A DNA stretch of 64,000 bases from Prochlorococcus sp. AG-679-M23 (GCA_003208875.1 QCUR01000001.1:320001-384000), one strand, 5' to 3'; shown: positions 49,068 to 60,679, numbered from the stretch's first letter. Notes: generated by a model from the sequence alone, not told the origin. Translations and numbers: made by a program.

Positions 49068-50230
49068 GGGTTAGATATTTTTATAGTATTTAAGTAAAGT
49101 TTTTCCAGAGCTTCAATATTTTTTTTAATTGTATATCTTTCAATTACTCTTTCACGTGCTTTTTCCCCTAGAGCCTTTGTGAATGAAGGATGATCTACCA
49201 AAATTGGAATTATAGTTTTTAATTGAGTGACAACATTTTCAGTAGAGATCACAATGCCTGCTCCATTATCTAAAACCTCACCATCAGCTCCAGCATCAGT
49301 TGCTACACAAGCTGTACCAGTGGACATTGCCTCTAAGAGTGATAAGGATAGTCCCTCTATTAAACTCGGTAAAAAAAATACCTCTGCGATTTGCATAATT
49401 GCTACCCTGGTTTCTAAATCAGTTTCTGATCCCCACCAAATTAATTTATCTTTTCCTAGGTTAGAAAAACTATTTTCCAGTGTAGGCTTCATTGGTCCGT
49501 CTCCAACAATTACTAGTTTGCAATTATTAGTTTTTGTTTGACGCCAGGATTTTAAAAGAGCCTCAATATTTTTTTCATTGGCAATCCTTCCCATATATAT
49601 AAATATTCTTCCATTCCCTAGTTTACTTTTTACTAAATTATATTTTTTACTTTTTACTTTCACAGGTTGCCAAATACTTTCATCAACTCCATTTGGAATA
49701 ATTATTTGCTTTTCTTTACTAACGCCTAGGTTCTCTAAAAGTGATTTTTGAGGTTCTGAAAAAACAATTATTTTATGAAATTTAGCGAGAGAGGGCGCAT
49801 AAAGTTGATAAGTTAGTTGTTGAGTACTTGCAGTTAAGTTCCTATTATTTTTATCAAATGCGGGATGAAATGTCCCTACAAGTGGGCGGTTTATTTGTTT
49901 GCAAAGTTCAGGCAATCTAAAGTCGAGAGGAGATAAAGTTAGACTTGCATGAACTATATCTGGCTTTAATCTCTCTAATGAATGCCTTAGTTCTTTTTCT
50001 GCTCTTGGAGAGGGGATCGTATAAACTTGTGATTTAATTAAGTAAGGAAGACTGACCTCAGGATCGTTTGCTAAAAATAAGGATTTAGATTCTTTTACAT
50101 TAGAGGGATTATCAAAATGTATAAAACTTACTTTATGGCTTCTCACTTTTAATTGTTCAGTAGTTAAATTTCCATAACTTACATTTCCACAAAAGGGAGA
50201 TTTTTTACCTAGCCAGGCAACATGAACCAC
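49064..50230 (-). CDS. Glycosyltransferase family 4
   Basis: PNGVD, GRI..EKN, EGLSLSLLEAM. Confidence 0.92.
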   Translation of the reverse strand: MVHVAWLGKKSPFCGNVSYGNLTTEQLKVRSHKVSFIHFDNPSNVKESKSLFLANDPEVSLPYLIKSQVYTIPSPRAEKELRHSLERLKPDIVHASLTLSPLDFRLPELCKQINRPLVGTFHPAFDKNNRNLTASTQQLTYQLYAPSLAKFHKIIVFSEPQKSLLENLGVSKEKQIIIPNGVDESIWQPVKVKSKKYNLVKSKLGNGRIFIYMGRIANEKNIEALLKSWRQTKTNNCKLVIVGDGPMKPTLENSFSNLGKDKLIWWGSETDLETRVAIMQIAEVFFLPSLIEGLSLSLLEAMSTGTACVATDAGADGEVLDNGAGIVISTENVVTQLKTIIPILVDHPSFTKALGEKARERVIERYTIKKNIEALEKLYLNTIKISNP

Positions 50231-50315
50231 ATCAAATTAATCAACTATTTATAAAGTTAACAGTCAAAGTTACAATCATCGAGATCTTTTAATTTAATAA
50301 CAATTTACCCCTTAA

Positions 50316-51095
50316 TTATCTATAAAATTCTCTTAACATTTTTAGTGACGATAATTCTTTTTCTAATTGAGCAGAGATCCAATTTTCAACAATTGATAAT
50401 ATCTTAAGCCAAACTTTTTTAGGTCCTAATAATTCTCCATTTGATTTGATTGGTAATTCTGCGAAAAGAAGTCTTTGTAAAAGAGCAATTTCAGAAGCAT
50501 TCACTTTTAAAACACTATCTACATCTTCTACTGTAGAAAATCCCTCATTTGGTAAATAGGAACATTGCCAATCCCAGTTACCTAAGGGTGGAATGATAGG
50601 CTCGCCCGTTTTACAGCAAAAATTTACAGGAATATTTATCCCTCCAATTGCTAATAAATGAATTAAAGATTGAATACTCATTGAAAGCATTTTGAAGTCC
50701 TCTTCACTTTCAAGGTTATATTCATAAATTCGATCTAAATGAATAAGTACGCTAGACAAGTAATCTTTTTGCTTGTCATTGTTTCCAACTAATAAAAAGG
50801 TTAATTCAGTTATTGCTTGGGCTGCAGCAAGACATTCTATATTTTTCCCCAATCCGTTGTAGCTTTTGAGAATTTTAATTTGACGAACAGACTTAAGACT
50901 TCTTTTCCCAAAGATCTGAAAACTTAAATATGTTAAAGGAGTAGCTGCAGCAAGACTACTTTTTGGACGCCTGGCGCCTGGAGCTGCAAGCCTAATAATA
51001 CCTTGTTCATCTGTTAAAACAGTTATTAATCTTCCACTCTCACCTAGCGGACTAGCTTTAATACAAAGACCTTTTATTCTACTTTCGCCTGACAT
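50316..51095 (-). CDS. recO: DNA repair protein RecO
   Basis: PLGES.RLITVLT...APGARRPKS. Confidence 0.9.
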   Translation of the reverse strand: MSGESRIKGLCIKASPLGESGRLITVLTDEQGIIRLAAPGARRPKSSLAAATPLTYLSFQIFGKRSLKSVRQIKILKSYNGLGKNIECLAAAQAITELTFLLVGNNDKQKDYLSSVLIHLDRIYEYNLESEEDFKMLSMSIQSLIHLLAIGGINIPVNFCCKTGEPIIPPLGNWDWQCSYLPNEGFSTVEDVDSVLKVNASEIALLQRLLFAELPIKSNGELLGPKKVWLKILSIVENWISAQLEKELSSLKMLREFYR

Positions 51096-51755
51096 TTAAA
51101 TAAGTCTAATTTCTTTAAAAATCTCATTAAAATTTGAAGTTCCAATACAATCTATACCTGAATCAAATAAATCAACAACTTGGGTTAGTGTTTTTATGCT
51201 TCCTACCACTTTTATAGAATTCTGGTTGCCAATAAATTTTAATATTTCAACTATATCAACTTTAGAAATAGCAGGTCCAAAACCATCTCCAAATTGAAAA
51301 TTTGTTATTCCTAATTCAAGAGAAATTTCTATGGCTTTTTCAAAAAGTTCTTTATCTAATTTTGTTTTGTTTATGATTATTGTGACTGGTAATTCTGAAG
51401 CATTAATACTCTCAATTTCACTGGCAAAACTATTTAAATCATTTTTAGATAGTTTTAGAAAATTAGGGATGTATTCTATTCCGCTTGCACCATTATCTTT
51501 TGCATAGCAAACAAATTCATCAATAAAATCAAGTGGTAAATCAGCTAATGGATAAGAAATTAGAGTATTTATATTTACTTTATGATTGTTTAATGCATCT
51601 TTTATAGGACTTAAAAAGTTAAGAGATGTAGAAACATTTCTAATATTATATTTTTGAATTAAATCGCAGTTGACATTTAATTCTTCCAAAGATAAATACG
51701 GATTAATTAATATTGCATGTATCTTTTCATTTAATTCGTAATCGATATTAAACAT
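51096..51755 (-). CDS. deoC: DeoC-like aldolase-fold protein (catalytic motif degenerate)
   Basis: Overall DeoC pattern (ISYPL, IKVVG, IGTS) and position next to recO; KTSTG replaced by QFGDG. Confidence 0.75.
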   Translation of the reverse strand: MFNIDYELNEKIHAILINPYLSLEELNVNCDLIQKYNIRNVSTSLNFLSPIKDALNNHKVNINTLISYPLADLPLDFIDEFVCYAKDNGASGIEYIPNFLKLSKNDLNSFASEIESINASELPVTIIINKTKLDKELFEKAIEISLELGITNFQFGDGFGPAISKVDIVEILKFIGNQNSIKVVGSIKTLTQVVDLFDSGIDCIGTSNFNEIFKEIRLI

Positions 51756-51763
51756 TTTTAGTA

Positions 51764-52348
51764 TTATTTAGACTGGATTAATCCATAACCGCCATGATTC
51801 CTTTTATAAATAACTTGTAGTTCATTATTTACTTTATTTCTAAATACATAAAATTCATGATCAATAAAATCTAATTGTTTTCTAGCCTCTTCCAAAGAGA
51901 TAGGAATCATTTCAAAATATTTTTTTTTAATAGATGGTTCAGGTAGTCTCACCTCTCTTTCCTCGTTGAATATATCTTTATCTATAGAATCTGATTCTTC
52001 AATCGCATTGGAATAAGAATTTTTATTCTTTACAAGATTATTATGTAATTTTTTATTATGCCTCTCTTTATATTTCCGTAGTTTTCTACAAAGTTTATTT
52101 GAAACCAAATCAATGCTTGAATAAAGATTTTCTGTTTTTTCTTCAGCTCTGATAATAGTTCCATTAGCAAAAATTGTAACTTCAGCTGTTTGGAATGAAA
52201 CCCTTGGATTCTTTTCGATTGAAAGGTGTATATCTACTTCTTTAACGATATCCTTATAGTGATGCGTTGCTTTTTCTATTTTTGCCTCAGTATATTCTTT
52301 TAAAGGTCCTGTAAGTTCGAGATTCTTTCCATGGATTAAAATTTTCAT
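51764..52348 (-). CDS. hpf: Ribosome hibernation promoting factor (LrtA/HPF)
   Basis: IHGKNLELT..L, LYSSID, FYVFRN, YKRNHGGYG. Confidence 0.95.
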   Translation of the reverse strand: MKILIHGKNLELTGPLKEYTEAKIEKATHHYKDIVKEVDIHLSIEKNPRVSFQTAEVTIFANGTIIRAEEKTENLYSSIDLVSNKLCRKLRKYKERHNKKLHNNLVKNKNSYSNAIEESDSIDKDIFNEEREVRLPEPSIKKKYFEMIPISLEEARKQLDFIDHEFYVFRNKVNNELQVIYKRNHGGYGLIQSK

Positions 52349-52392
52349 AATAAATCTAAAAATATTTTCATATTTCCTAAATCTACATAACT

Positions 52393-53037
52393 ATGATTAA
52401 TAGAACATCAATAATTAAACAACCTGATAAAATTTCATTTTTTTATGATGTATATAAATTACAAAAAGAATATCAAGACTCATTAATTTCAGGTAAATCA
52501 AATATGAATTTTATTTGGTTAGGCGAGCATCAACTTTGTTATACAGTCGGAAGAGGTTCCAATATGGATAACTTGCTTTTCTCAGCAGATGAACAAGATG
52601 TATTTAAAATTGATAGAGGTGGTGAGGTTACATGCCATATGCCAGGACAGTTAGTTACTTATTTAGTTTTAGATTTGAGTAATTTTAATAAAGATTTAAA
52701 TTGGTATTTAAGAAAAATTGAAAAAATAATTATTAAAACTCTAAGGAGTTTTAATATTAATTGCTCTACTAAAGATGGATTTACAGGTGTGTGGATAGGA
52801 GAAAGGAAAATTGCTTCAATCGGTATTGGATGCAAACGGTGGGTAACGATTCATGGCTTCTCAATAAACGTTAACTGCAAATTAGAAAATTTTAATAAGA
52901 TTGTTCCTTGCGGTATTGAGGGCTGCCAAATGGTAAATATGTCTGATTACAATAAAAATGTAGATATAAAAGAAGTTAAGAAAATTGTTAAAAAAATCAT
53001 TCATGAAGAGTTTAATTTTAATTTTGTATCAGAATAG
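52393..53037 (+). CDS. lipB: Lipoyl(octanoyl) transferase
   Basis: EH..YTVG, DRGGEVT.H.PGQ, KIASIG, HGF..N, PCG. Confidence 0.96.
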   Translation: MINRTSIIKQPDKISFFYDVYKLQKEYQDSLISGKSNMNFIWLGEHQLCYTVGRGSNMDNLLFSADEQDVFKIDRGGEVTCHMPGQLVTYLVLDLSNFNKDLNWYLRKIEKIIIKTLRSFNINCSTKDGFTGVWIGERKIASIGIGCKRWVTIHGFSINVNCKLENFNKIVPCGIEGCQMVNMSDYNKNVDIKEVKKIVKKIIHEEFNFNFVSE

Positions 53038-53067
53038 AAACTTAAAAGATTTGGAAATTTCATAAAT

Positions 53068-54993
53068 ATGGAAGAATTAGCATATTGGCCTGCAGCAAAA
53101 TCTCTTTCACAAAATGAAAAATTTACAAGTAAAAGGAAAGATATAAATAATCTTGATCATGTTGATCAAATATGGGAATACTTAAAATTAAAATGTGGGA
53201 ATACAGTAGCTATTAATGATTTGAGAGGAAAGAATAAAGAAAAAATTTCCTATTCTGAGTTAGCTAATTTAATCACTAAAGTCTCTAATTCTTTTAAAAA
53301 TTATGGAGTAGTTAAAGGTGATGTTGTCACATTTATATCTGAAAACTCACCAAGATGGTTAATAGCTGATCAAGGGTTGATGCGATTAGGAGCTATTAAT
53401 GCTGTAAGAGGTATTAATTCACCTTCAGTAGAATTAGATTACATAATTGAGCATTCTAATTCTGTTGGTCTAATTGTTCAATCTAAGGAAGTTTGGTTGA
53501 AATTAAATAAAAAAAATGAATTAAAAAAAAGATTTAAATTTATAATTAATCTGGAAGATGAACAATTTGAAGATTTAATAAATTGGCCTGAATTTATAAA
53601 AGCAGGAGAAAAAAATCTTTTAAAAAATAATAGTTTCGAAAAATATAATCATCATAGTAACGATATTGCCAGCATTCTCTATACATCAGGGACAACAGGC
53701 AAACCAAAAGGTGTTCCCTTGACACATGCAAACTTTTTACATCAAATCATTAATCTGGCCCATATCGCCGATCCAGAACCCGGAACTGCTGTCTTGAGTG
53801 TGTTACCTATCTGGCATTCGTATGAAAGAAGTGCTGAATATTTCTTTTTTTCATGCGGGTGTACTCAATTTTATACAAATCCAAAATTCCTGAAAGATGA
53901 TATTAAACAAGTTAAGCCAGTTGTTATGGCTACTGTTCCTAGGCTATGGGAGGCTATTCATGATGGCTTTTTCTTGGCTTTAAAAAAAATGCCTCCTAAA
54001 AAACAAAAAATCATAAAGGTTTTGATAAAGAATAGTTCTATTTTTAAAAGAAATTTAAGAAAGATCAGAAATTTAGAAATTAATCAAGTAAGTTCTTTAG
54101 CAAAAATATCTTTGACAATATCTATAATAGGAAGATTTTTGATACATAAGATATCTTCTACTTTTTTATGGCCAAGTATTTTGAAACAATTATGTGGAGA
54201 AAAACTTAAATTTCCAATCAATGGTGGGGGTGCTTTACCTGAGCACGTAGATTTGTTTTTTGAATCTTTAGGTATAGATGTTCTAGTCGGTTATGGATTA
54301 ACAGAAACTAGTCCAGTACTAACTTGTAGAAGAAGAGAACTTAATGTAAGGGGATCTTCTGGACAGCCATTGGCATTTACTGAAATTAAAATAATGAATG
54401 AAGAAAAAGATAAGATTTTGAAATTTAAAGAGATAGGCAAGATTCTTGTTAAAGGACCTCAAGTTATGAAAGGTTATTTGAATAATATTTCAGCTACTAA
54501 AGATGTTTTATCAAGAGATGGTTGGTTTGATACTGGAGATTTGGGTTTTCTTATTCCAAATGGATCTTTGGTTATAACAGGGCGAGCCAAGGATACGATA
54601 GTTCTTTCTAGTGGTGAAAATATAGAGCCAAGTCCCCTTGAAACTGAGATTCTTAGTTCTGAATTTATTAATCAAGTTCAACTAGTAGGTCAAGACAAAA
54701 AGTGTTTAACAGCACTTGTCGCTCCAAACATAGAATTAGTAGAAAATAAATTCTTTGAAAATGATATTTCTAAATTAAATACGAATAAAAAAATTGGTTT
54801 GTTTTTTAAGTCGCAGATAAATAATTTGTTAAAAAACAGATTAGGAGCAAGATTTGAGGAACAGGTATTAGATTGCTATTTTGTTGATGCTTTTACTTTA
54901 GAAAATGGTTTATTGACTCAAACTCTTAAGCAGAAAAGAAGAGAAATAGTTGATTTATATTCATCACAAATAGAAGAAATGTATAAAAAATAA
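53068..54993 (+). CDS. Long-chain acyl-CoA/acyl-ACP synthetase
   Basis: YTSGTTGKPKG, GYGLTET, TGDLG, GRAKD. Confidence 0.93.
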   Translation: MEELAYWPAAKSLSQNEKFTSKRKDINNLDHVDQIWEYLKLKCGNTVAINDLRGKNKEKISYSELANLITKVSNSFKNYGVVKGDVVTFISENSPRWLIADQGLMRLGAINAVRGINSPSVELDYIIEHSNSVGLIVQSKEVWLKLNKKNELKKRFKFIINLEDEQFEDLINWPEFIKAGEKNLLKNNSFEKYNHHSNDIASILYTSGTTGKPKGVPLTHANFLHQIINLAHIADPEPGTAVLSVLPIWHSYERSAEYFFFSCGCTQFYTNPKFLKDDIKQVKPVVMATVPRLWEAIHDGFFLALKKMPPKKQKIIKVLIKNSSIFKRNLRKIRNLEINQVSSLAKISLTISIIGRFLIHKISSTFLWPSILKQLCGEKLKFPINGGGALPEHVDLFFESLGIDVLVGYGLTETSPVLTCRRRELNVRGSSGQPLAFTEIKIMNEEKDKILKFKEIGKILVKGPQVMKGYLNNISATKDVLSRDGWFDTGDLGFLIPNGSLVITGRAKDTIVLSSGENIEPSPLETEILSSEFINQVQLVGQDKKCLTALVAPNIELVENKFFENDISKLNTNKKIGLFFKSQINNLLKNRLGARFEEQVLDCYFVDAFTLENGLLTQTLKQKRREIVDLYSSQIEEMYKK

Positions 54994-55050
54994 ATTAAAA
55001 AAGAAAAATCTCTTTGATATCTCTATATTGAGAGGGTAAATTAATTTTTT

Positions 55051-55497
55051 ATGGAAACCAAAAACTCTATATCCATCAAACGTTCAATAGCAATAAAAGC
55101 TATTGTTACCCCTACTTGGAAAGAAGATGCTGAGAAGGAATTAAGTAATGCGATTTCCGCAGTTGACCAACAGTTATCACAACTTGAACAAGAAGGTCAA
55201 CAAATAGTTAGTAATATAAGATCCCAGTCAGTAAATCCATTAGATCCTAGAGTTCAAGAGCAAGTTGGCCAAGTTCAGCAACAAGTTGGCGCAAAAAGAA
55301 ACGAACTAGAAGAGCAAAAAAGAAATCTATTGCAACAACAAAGTCAAGTTCGTGATTTAAAAATGGATGAAATTGTTGATCAAGGACAGGTTGATAGCTT
55401 TTGTGATGTTTCCGTTGGGGATAATCTTATTAAGAAGATGCAAGTTTCAATAATAGTTAAAGATGGGATAATTCAATCGATTAATAATAACGAATAA
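55051..55497 (+). CDS. YlqD family protein
   Basis: KAIVTPTWKE, coiled coil, QGQV...VGD. Confidence 0.82.
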   Translation: METKNSISIKRSIAIKAIVTPTWKEDAEKELSNAISAVDQQLSQLEQEGQQIVSNIRSQSVNPLDPRVQEQVGQVQQQVGAKRNELEEQKRNLLQQQSQVRDLKMDEIVDQGQVDSFCDVSVGDNLIKKMQVSIIVKDGIIQSINNNE

Positions 55498-55631
55498 ATT
55501 TAAAGGTTTAAATTCCTTTTGAATGTAAATCATAGTTTCTTTGGCGCTATTTTTTTGTAAAATATAAACATACCGATCTTTAGGAGTTTTGTAAGTTCTT
55601 AAAGCTAGTAAAACCTTAAAAAATCTATCTG

Positions 55632-57002
55632 ATGTCTCACGAAATATTTATGCCAGCTCTTAGTTCTACTATGACTGAAGGCAAAATTGTTGAATGGTTA
55701 AAGAATCCTGGAGATAAAGTTGAAAGAGGAGAATCTGTTTTAGTTGTTGAATCAGATAAAGCTGATATGGATGTTGAATCTTTTCAAGATGGATATCTTG
55801 CTGCAGTACTAATGCCAGCTGGTAGTACTGCTCCAGTTGGTGAAACCATCGGACTTATTGTAGAGAATCAGGATGAGATAGCTTCTATACAAGAACAAAA
55901 TAAAGGTAAACAGACTGAAGTATCCAGTGATGGTCAACTCGATTTACCAAATAACAAACCTGAAATAAAAGAAGAAAAGCAAAAAGAGGTGCCTCAAAAT
56001 AATGAGCAGGAAGTCGAGATTAAAAGGGAAAAAGTGCTAATTACCTCTAATGAGATTCAATTTAACGCCTCTACTAGTAATAATAATTCTTCAAGAGTAA
56101 TAGCATCTCCAAGGGCAAAAAAACTTGCTTCTACAATGGGAGTTGAATTAGCAAAAGTGCAGGGATCAGGACCTCATGGAAGGATTCAGGCTGATGATGT
56201 ACTGAAGGCAAATGGCCAACCTGTGTCTATTCCATGGATAGGAGAGGGAAGTTCTCCCGCTAGTATTTCCAGTCCTCATGTTCAAGCTGAAAGGAAGTCA
56301 GAGATATTAGGGAATAGTTTTGGAAACCCCGGTGAAACTGTTCAATTTAATACTCTTCAAAAAGCTGTAAATAAGAATATGGAATCAAGTTTAAATGTTC
56401 CATGTTTTAGAGTTGGTTATTCAATTAATACTGATAAATTGGACAATTTTTACAAGAAAGTAAAGCAAAATGGAGTTACTATGACTGCGTTGTTAGTCAA
56501 GGCAGTTGCAAAGACACTTAAAAAACATCCCCAAGTTAATTCAAGCTTTTCAGAAAACGGAATTTCTTATCCAGAAAATATAAATATTGCTGTGGCTGTT
56601 GCTATGGAAGATGGAGGGTTGATAACTCCAGTATTAAAAGAACCTTGTAACACTGATTTATTTGAATTATCAAGAGAGTGGAAAGATCTTGTGAAAAGAT
56701 CTAGAGCAAAACAATTAGAACCAGATGAATACTCAACAGGAACATTTACTTTGTCAAATTTAGGAATGTTTGGTGTTGACAGGTTTGATGCAATACTTCC
56801 ACCAGGTACAGGTGCGATTTTAGCCATAGCATCATCGAAGCCAACAGTTGTTGCTAATAATGATGGCTCAATATCTGTTAAAAAAATAATGCAAGTAAAT
56901 TTAACCGCTGATCATAGAGTAATTTATGGTGCTGATGGTGCATCATTCTTAAAAGACTTGTCTTCTCTCATTGAAAACGAGCCAGAAACACTTGTAGCCT
57001 AA
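55632..57002 (+). CDS. pdhC: Pyruvate dehydrogenase E2, dihydrolipoamide acetyltransferase
   Basis: ESDKA lipoyl site, ASPRAKKLA, DHRVIYG. Confidence 0.97.
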   Translation: MSHEIFMPALSSTMTEGKIVEWLKNPGDKVERGESVLVVESDKADMDVESFQDGYLAAVLMPAGSTAPVGETIGLIVENQDEIASIQEQNKGKQTEVSSDGQLDLPNNKPEIKEEKQKEVPQNNEQEVEIKREKVLITSNEIQFNASTSNNNSSRVIASPRAKKLASTMGVELAKVQGSGPHGRIQADDVLKANGQPVSIPWIGEGSSPASISSPHVQAERKSEILGNSFGNPGETVQFNTLQKAVNKNMESSLNVPCFRVGYSINTDKLDNFYKKVKQNGVTMTALLVKAVAKTLKKHPQVNSSFSENGISYPENINIAVAVAMEDGGLITPVLKEPCNTDLFELSREWKDLVKRSRAKQLEPDEYSTGTFTLSNLGMFGVDRFDAILPPGTGAILAIASSKPTVVANNDGSISVKKIMQVNLTADHRVIYGADGASFLKDLSSLIENEPETLVA

Positions 57003-57008
57003 ATTTAA

Positions 57009-58133
57009 TTGAATTTTGAAATTAATAATGATGAAATAGATCATAAGCTAGAAGCTTATGATTATATTCTTGATGAAACATTAATTGCTAATAAACCTTC
57101 TAAAGTAAGGCATGAATCTAGATTAATGATAGTTAGAGATAGTTCATTAGAAGAAGACTTTACAACAAATAAATATACAAAGAATCTCTTAGACGAACTT
57201 AGAAATGGTGATTTGGTAGTTGTAAATGATACGAAGGTGATGAAAGCAAGGTTAAAGGTTGAATTAGAAAATGGGAGATTAGTCGAATTATTAGTTTTGG
57301 AGAAAGCAGATCAATCTACTTGGCTATGTTTAGCAAGGCCTGCTAAAAAGTTAAAAATAAATAGTCAATTAAATTTAAAATCATCCTTGGCAAAAGATAT
57401 AAAATTGCATATTTCTGGAATTGATAAAGAAACTGGAGGAAGATTTATCAAGTTTCCAGAAAATATAAATGATCTAATCTCAATGAATAATCTCCTTGAT
57501 ATATATGGAGAAATACCCCTCCCTCCATATATAAAAAGCGCCGAAGAAGAATCTTTTCATGAAAACAATTATCAAACTGAGTATGCAAGTAATCCTGGAG
57601 CAGTTGCTGCGCCAACAGCAGGATTACATTTAAGTAAAAGTCTTATTTCAAAATTAAAAAAAAAAGGTATATTAGTTATGCCAATTACTTTGCATGTAGG
57701 TTATGGAACATTTAAGCCAATTGATCAAGAAGATTTATCTAATTTAAAACTTCACAAAGAGTGGGTCAGTGTTAGTAGGAAAGTGGTGGAAGAAATAAAA
57801 AGAGTAAAAAAAACGGACAGAAGAGTTATAGCTATTGGAACTACATGCGTAAGAGCTCTTGAAAGTTGTTATTCGTATGAAATGGAAGACCTAATTCCTA
57901 TAGCTAAGTATGTTGATTTAGTAATTAAGCCAGGCTATAAATTCAAAGCAGTTGATGGATTATTAACTAATTTTCATCTTCCAAAGAGTTCATTATTACT
58001 CCTAGTAAGCGCAATGATCGGTAGAGAAAGATTACTAAATCTGTATAAAAACGCCATAAAAGAAAAATTTAGATTTTTCTCTTACGGCGATGCTATGTAC
58101 ATTTCCCCAGATTCATTTCTGGTGAACAAATAA
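57009..58133 (+). CDS. queA: S-adenosylmethionine:tRNA ribosyltransferase-isomerase
   Basis: PLPPYI, AAPTAGLH, TNFHLPKS, FSYGDAM. Confidence 0.98.
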   Translation: MNFEINNDEIDHKLEAYDYILDETLIANKPSKVRHESRLMIVRDSSLEEDFTTNKYTKNLLDELRNGDLVVVNDTKVMKARLKVELENGRLVELLVLEKADQSTWLCLARPAKKLKINSQLNLKSSLAKDIKLHISGIDKETGGRFIKFPENINDLISMNNLLDIYGEIPLPPYIKSAEEESFHENNYQTEYASNPGAVAAPTAGLHLSKSLISKLKKKGILVMPITLHVGYGTFKPIDQEDLSNLKLHKEWVSVSRKVVEEIKRVKKTDRRVIAIGTTCVRALESCYSYEMEDLIPIAKYVDLVIKPGYKFKAVDGLLTNFHLPKSSLLLLVSAMIGRERLLNLYKNAIKEKFRFFSYGDAMYISPDSFLVNK

Positions 58134-58135
58134 AT

Positions 58136-59122
58136 TTAAGCTTTAACTGGCTCCTCAATTATTCCACTTGGAACTTCAGTAAACATAATTGATGATAAAT
58201 ACCTCTCAGCTAAATCTGGCAAAACAACCACTATAGTTTTTCCTGCATATTCATCTTGCTCAGCTAATCTAACAGCAGCAGCAGCAGCAGCCCCGCAAGA
58301 TATTCCTACGAGAAGACCTTCTTCTTTTGCCAATCTAAGAGCCATCTCGATTGATTCATCATTCGTAACCTGTTCAACTTTATCAACAATTGATAAATCA
58401 AGGTTTTTAGGAATAAATCCTGCTCCTATACCTTGTATTTTGTGTGGTCCAGATTTAACTTCTTCACCATTCATTGTCTGCGTAATAACAGGGCTATGTG
58501 ATGGTTCTACTGCTACAGAAATAATATTCTTGCCCTTCTCTTGTTTGATGTATCTTGAAACTCCTGTAATTGTTCCACCTGTTCCAACTCCAGCAACAAA
58601 AACATCAATCTCACCATCGCAATCGTCCCAAATTTCAGGCCCAGTTGTTTTGAAATGAATTTCTGGGTTTGCTGGATTATCAAACTGACCCGGCATGAAG
58701 TATTGAGAGGGATTACTTTCTGCGATCTCTTTAGCTTTGGCTATTGCTCCTGGCATACCTTTAGAAGCCTCTGTTAAAACAATTTCGGCGCCTAATACTG
58801 CCATCACTCTTCTCCTTTCAATAGACATAGATTCCGGCATTGTAAGGATTAGTTTGTAACCTCTTGCTGAAGCAGTAAAAGCTAGGGCAATTCCAGTATT
58901 TCCAGATGTAGGTTCAACAATGGTTTTGTCTTTTGTAAGTTTTCCGCTTTTCTCCGCATCCCATATCATGTTTGCACCAATCCTACATTTAACACTATAA
59001 GCAGGATTTCTTCCTTCGATTTTTGCTAATACAGTAGCTTTTGCGTTTTTAGTAACTGATTTTAATTTTACTAATGGAGTGTTTCCAATAGCGAAACTGT
59101 TGTCCTCATAAATTTTTGCCAT
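58136..59122 (-). CDS. cysK: Cysteine synthase A
   Basis: [30 protein letters not shown]. Confidence 0.98.
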   Translation of the reverse strand: MAKIYEDNSFAIGNTPLVKLKSVTKNAKATVLAKIEGRNPAYSVKCRIGANMIWDAEKSGKLTKDKTIVEPTSGNTGIALAFTASARGYKLILTMPESMSIERRRVMAVLGAEIVLTEASKGMPGAIAKAKEIAESNPSQYFMPGQFDNPANPEIHFKTTGPEIWDDCDGEIDVFVAGVGTGGTITGVSRYIKQEKGKNIISVAVEPSHSPVITQTMNGEEVKSGPHKIQGIGAGFIPKNLDLSIVDKVEQVTNDESIEMALRLAKEEGLLVGISCGAAAAAAVRLAEQDEYAGKTIVVVLPDLAERYLSSIMFTEVPSGIIEEPVKA

Positions 59123-59207
59123 TTATATTATTGAGAAAATATACATTAATATTAACTATTTTTTTGAAAAAGAGTATATGATTTTTTATACGGTAAATAC
59201 TAGGTAT

Positions 59208-60677
59208 TTAAAAATTATTTAATGCTTCAGAAAAGATTCTCCATAAGTGATCTTTATCTTCTAGTCCAACAGATACTCTAATAAGGTGCGAAGGAATGTT
59301 AAAACTTTCAACCCAATCTAATTCGTCATAATGAGCTAATAAAACATAAGGACATACAAGGGTAAATTTTGTACCTAAACTAGGACCTTTTGATATTTGA
59401 AGAGAATCATAAAACTTTTTAGCTTTCTCAAGACCTCCTTTTAATTCAAACGATAATAAGCAACCATATCCCCCATCAGGAGTAAGTATAGAATTGAAAT
59501 TAGGACAATTTTCGGGATGGAAAATATTTTTGATCTCTTTACAGGTTTCTAATCTTTTTTTTAATTCTAAACATGCTTTATTTTGCTCAAAAACTCTTTG
59601 TTTTACATCTCTACTAGCTTTTTCGAGTGAAACCATATCGCCATCAGAAAGCATTGGAAGGTTGATTTCATTTAAAGCATTTCTAAACTGATCAATCCAT
59701 CTGCTTTTTGGATTTAGTATTAGTGACCCAGCAAGAATATCCCCGCTACCTGAAAAGATTTTTGTTAGTGAAGTGAAAACGATATCTGCATGTTCTAAAG
59801 AATTTATATTTAAATTTGAACCAATAGTATCGTCAACTATCACAGGTATATTTAATTTATTAGCTATTTTTGAAATTTTTTTTATGTTCACACATTTGAG
59901 CATTGGATTACTTGGTAATTCAATAATCAAGGCTGCTGGATTTATTTTTATCATTTCTAATTCAATATCCTTGCAATTTTCTTCTGTTATTAACTTGGCT
60001 CCATGAAAGATATTCATTGGTAATTTAAGTACATCTACATATGGAAAACCAATTTGAAGTGTAGGTCTATCTGGAAATAATTTATATATTATTTCTAATG
60101 ATGTGTATAAAGCTGACATGCCAGATGAGGTCAAGTGAACATCATTAGAGTTTGTTTTTGTAAACTTAGAAATTCTATCTTTTATTCTTTGACAACTTTC
60201 TATCGCTAAAGACTTTGAAGGGCAATCCTCTAGGCCCAATTCAATTGCAGCCGCTCTTGAAGATATACCGAGACCGGTATGTTGCCAAAAAGATCTTGCA
60301 TATTTGCTCGCTGATTCTCTAGTAATTAAAAAAGCTAAATTATGCCTTCTTTCGATATATATAGATCCTTTAGAAGTATTTCTATCACAGTACTTTTTTG
60401 CTTTTAAGGCTATTTTTTCATTTGGATAGGGCCAGATACTTGTATCATTTAAGTGACTTTCTTTTTTTACCTTTTCACATAATCTTTTTACTAAAGGATT
60501 AAGTCCAAAACGAGGATAGATTGACTTTAATAATTCCATGCATTTTGGATTTTTTTCCTCATAATTAATTACATCTTTCCAAGTTGGTAAAGCTACAGAA
60601 ACAGCATGTTCATTATCAGGAATCGAATATCCCAACTCTAAACTTCTCCATATTGGATTTTTTAGTAAATTTCTCAC
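59208..60677 (-). CDS. PLP-dependent transsulfuration enzyme (cystathionine gamma-synthase-like)
   Basis: YPRF, SGM, DDT, SLTKIFSG, RVSVGLE. Confidence 0.88.
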   Translation of the reverse strand: MRNLLKNPIWRSLELGYSIPDNEHAVSVALPTWKDVINYEEKNPKCMELLKSIYPRFGLNPLVKRLCEKVKKESHLNDTSIWPYPNEKIALKAKKYCDRNTSKGSIYIERRHNLAFLITRESASKYARSFWQHTGLGISSRAAAIELGLEDCPSKSLAIESCQRIKDRISKFTKTNSNDVHLTSSGMSALYTSLEIIYKLFPDRPTLQIGFPYVDVLKLPMNIFHGAKLITEENCKDIELEMIKINPAALIIELPSNPMLKCVNIKKISKIANKLNIPVIVDDTIGSNLNINSLEHADIVFTSLTKIFSGSGDILAGSLILNPKSRWIDQFRNALNEINLPMLSDGDMVSLEKASRDVKQRVFEQNKACLELKKRLETCKEIKNIFHPENCPNFNSILTPDGGYGCLLSFELKGGLEKAKKFYDSLQISKGPSLGTKFTLVCPYVLLAHYDELDWVESFNIPSHLIRVSVGLEDKDHLWRIFSEALNNF

Positions 60678-60679
60678 TT

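Noticed and set aside
58274..58291. (GCA)n repeat in cysK
   Set aside because: Encodes the ordinary poly-Ala helix after GISCG
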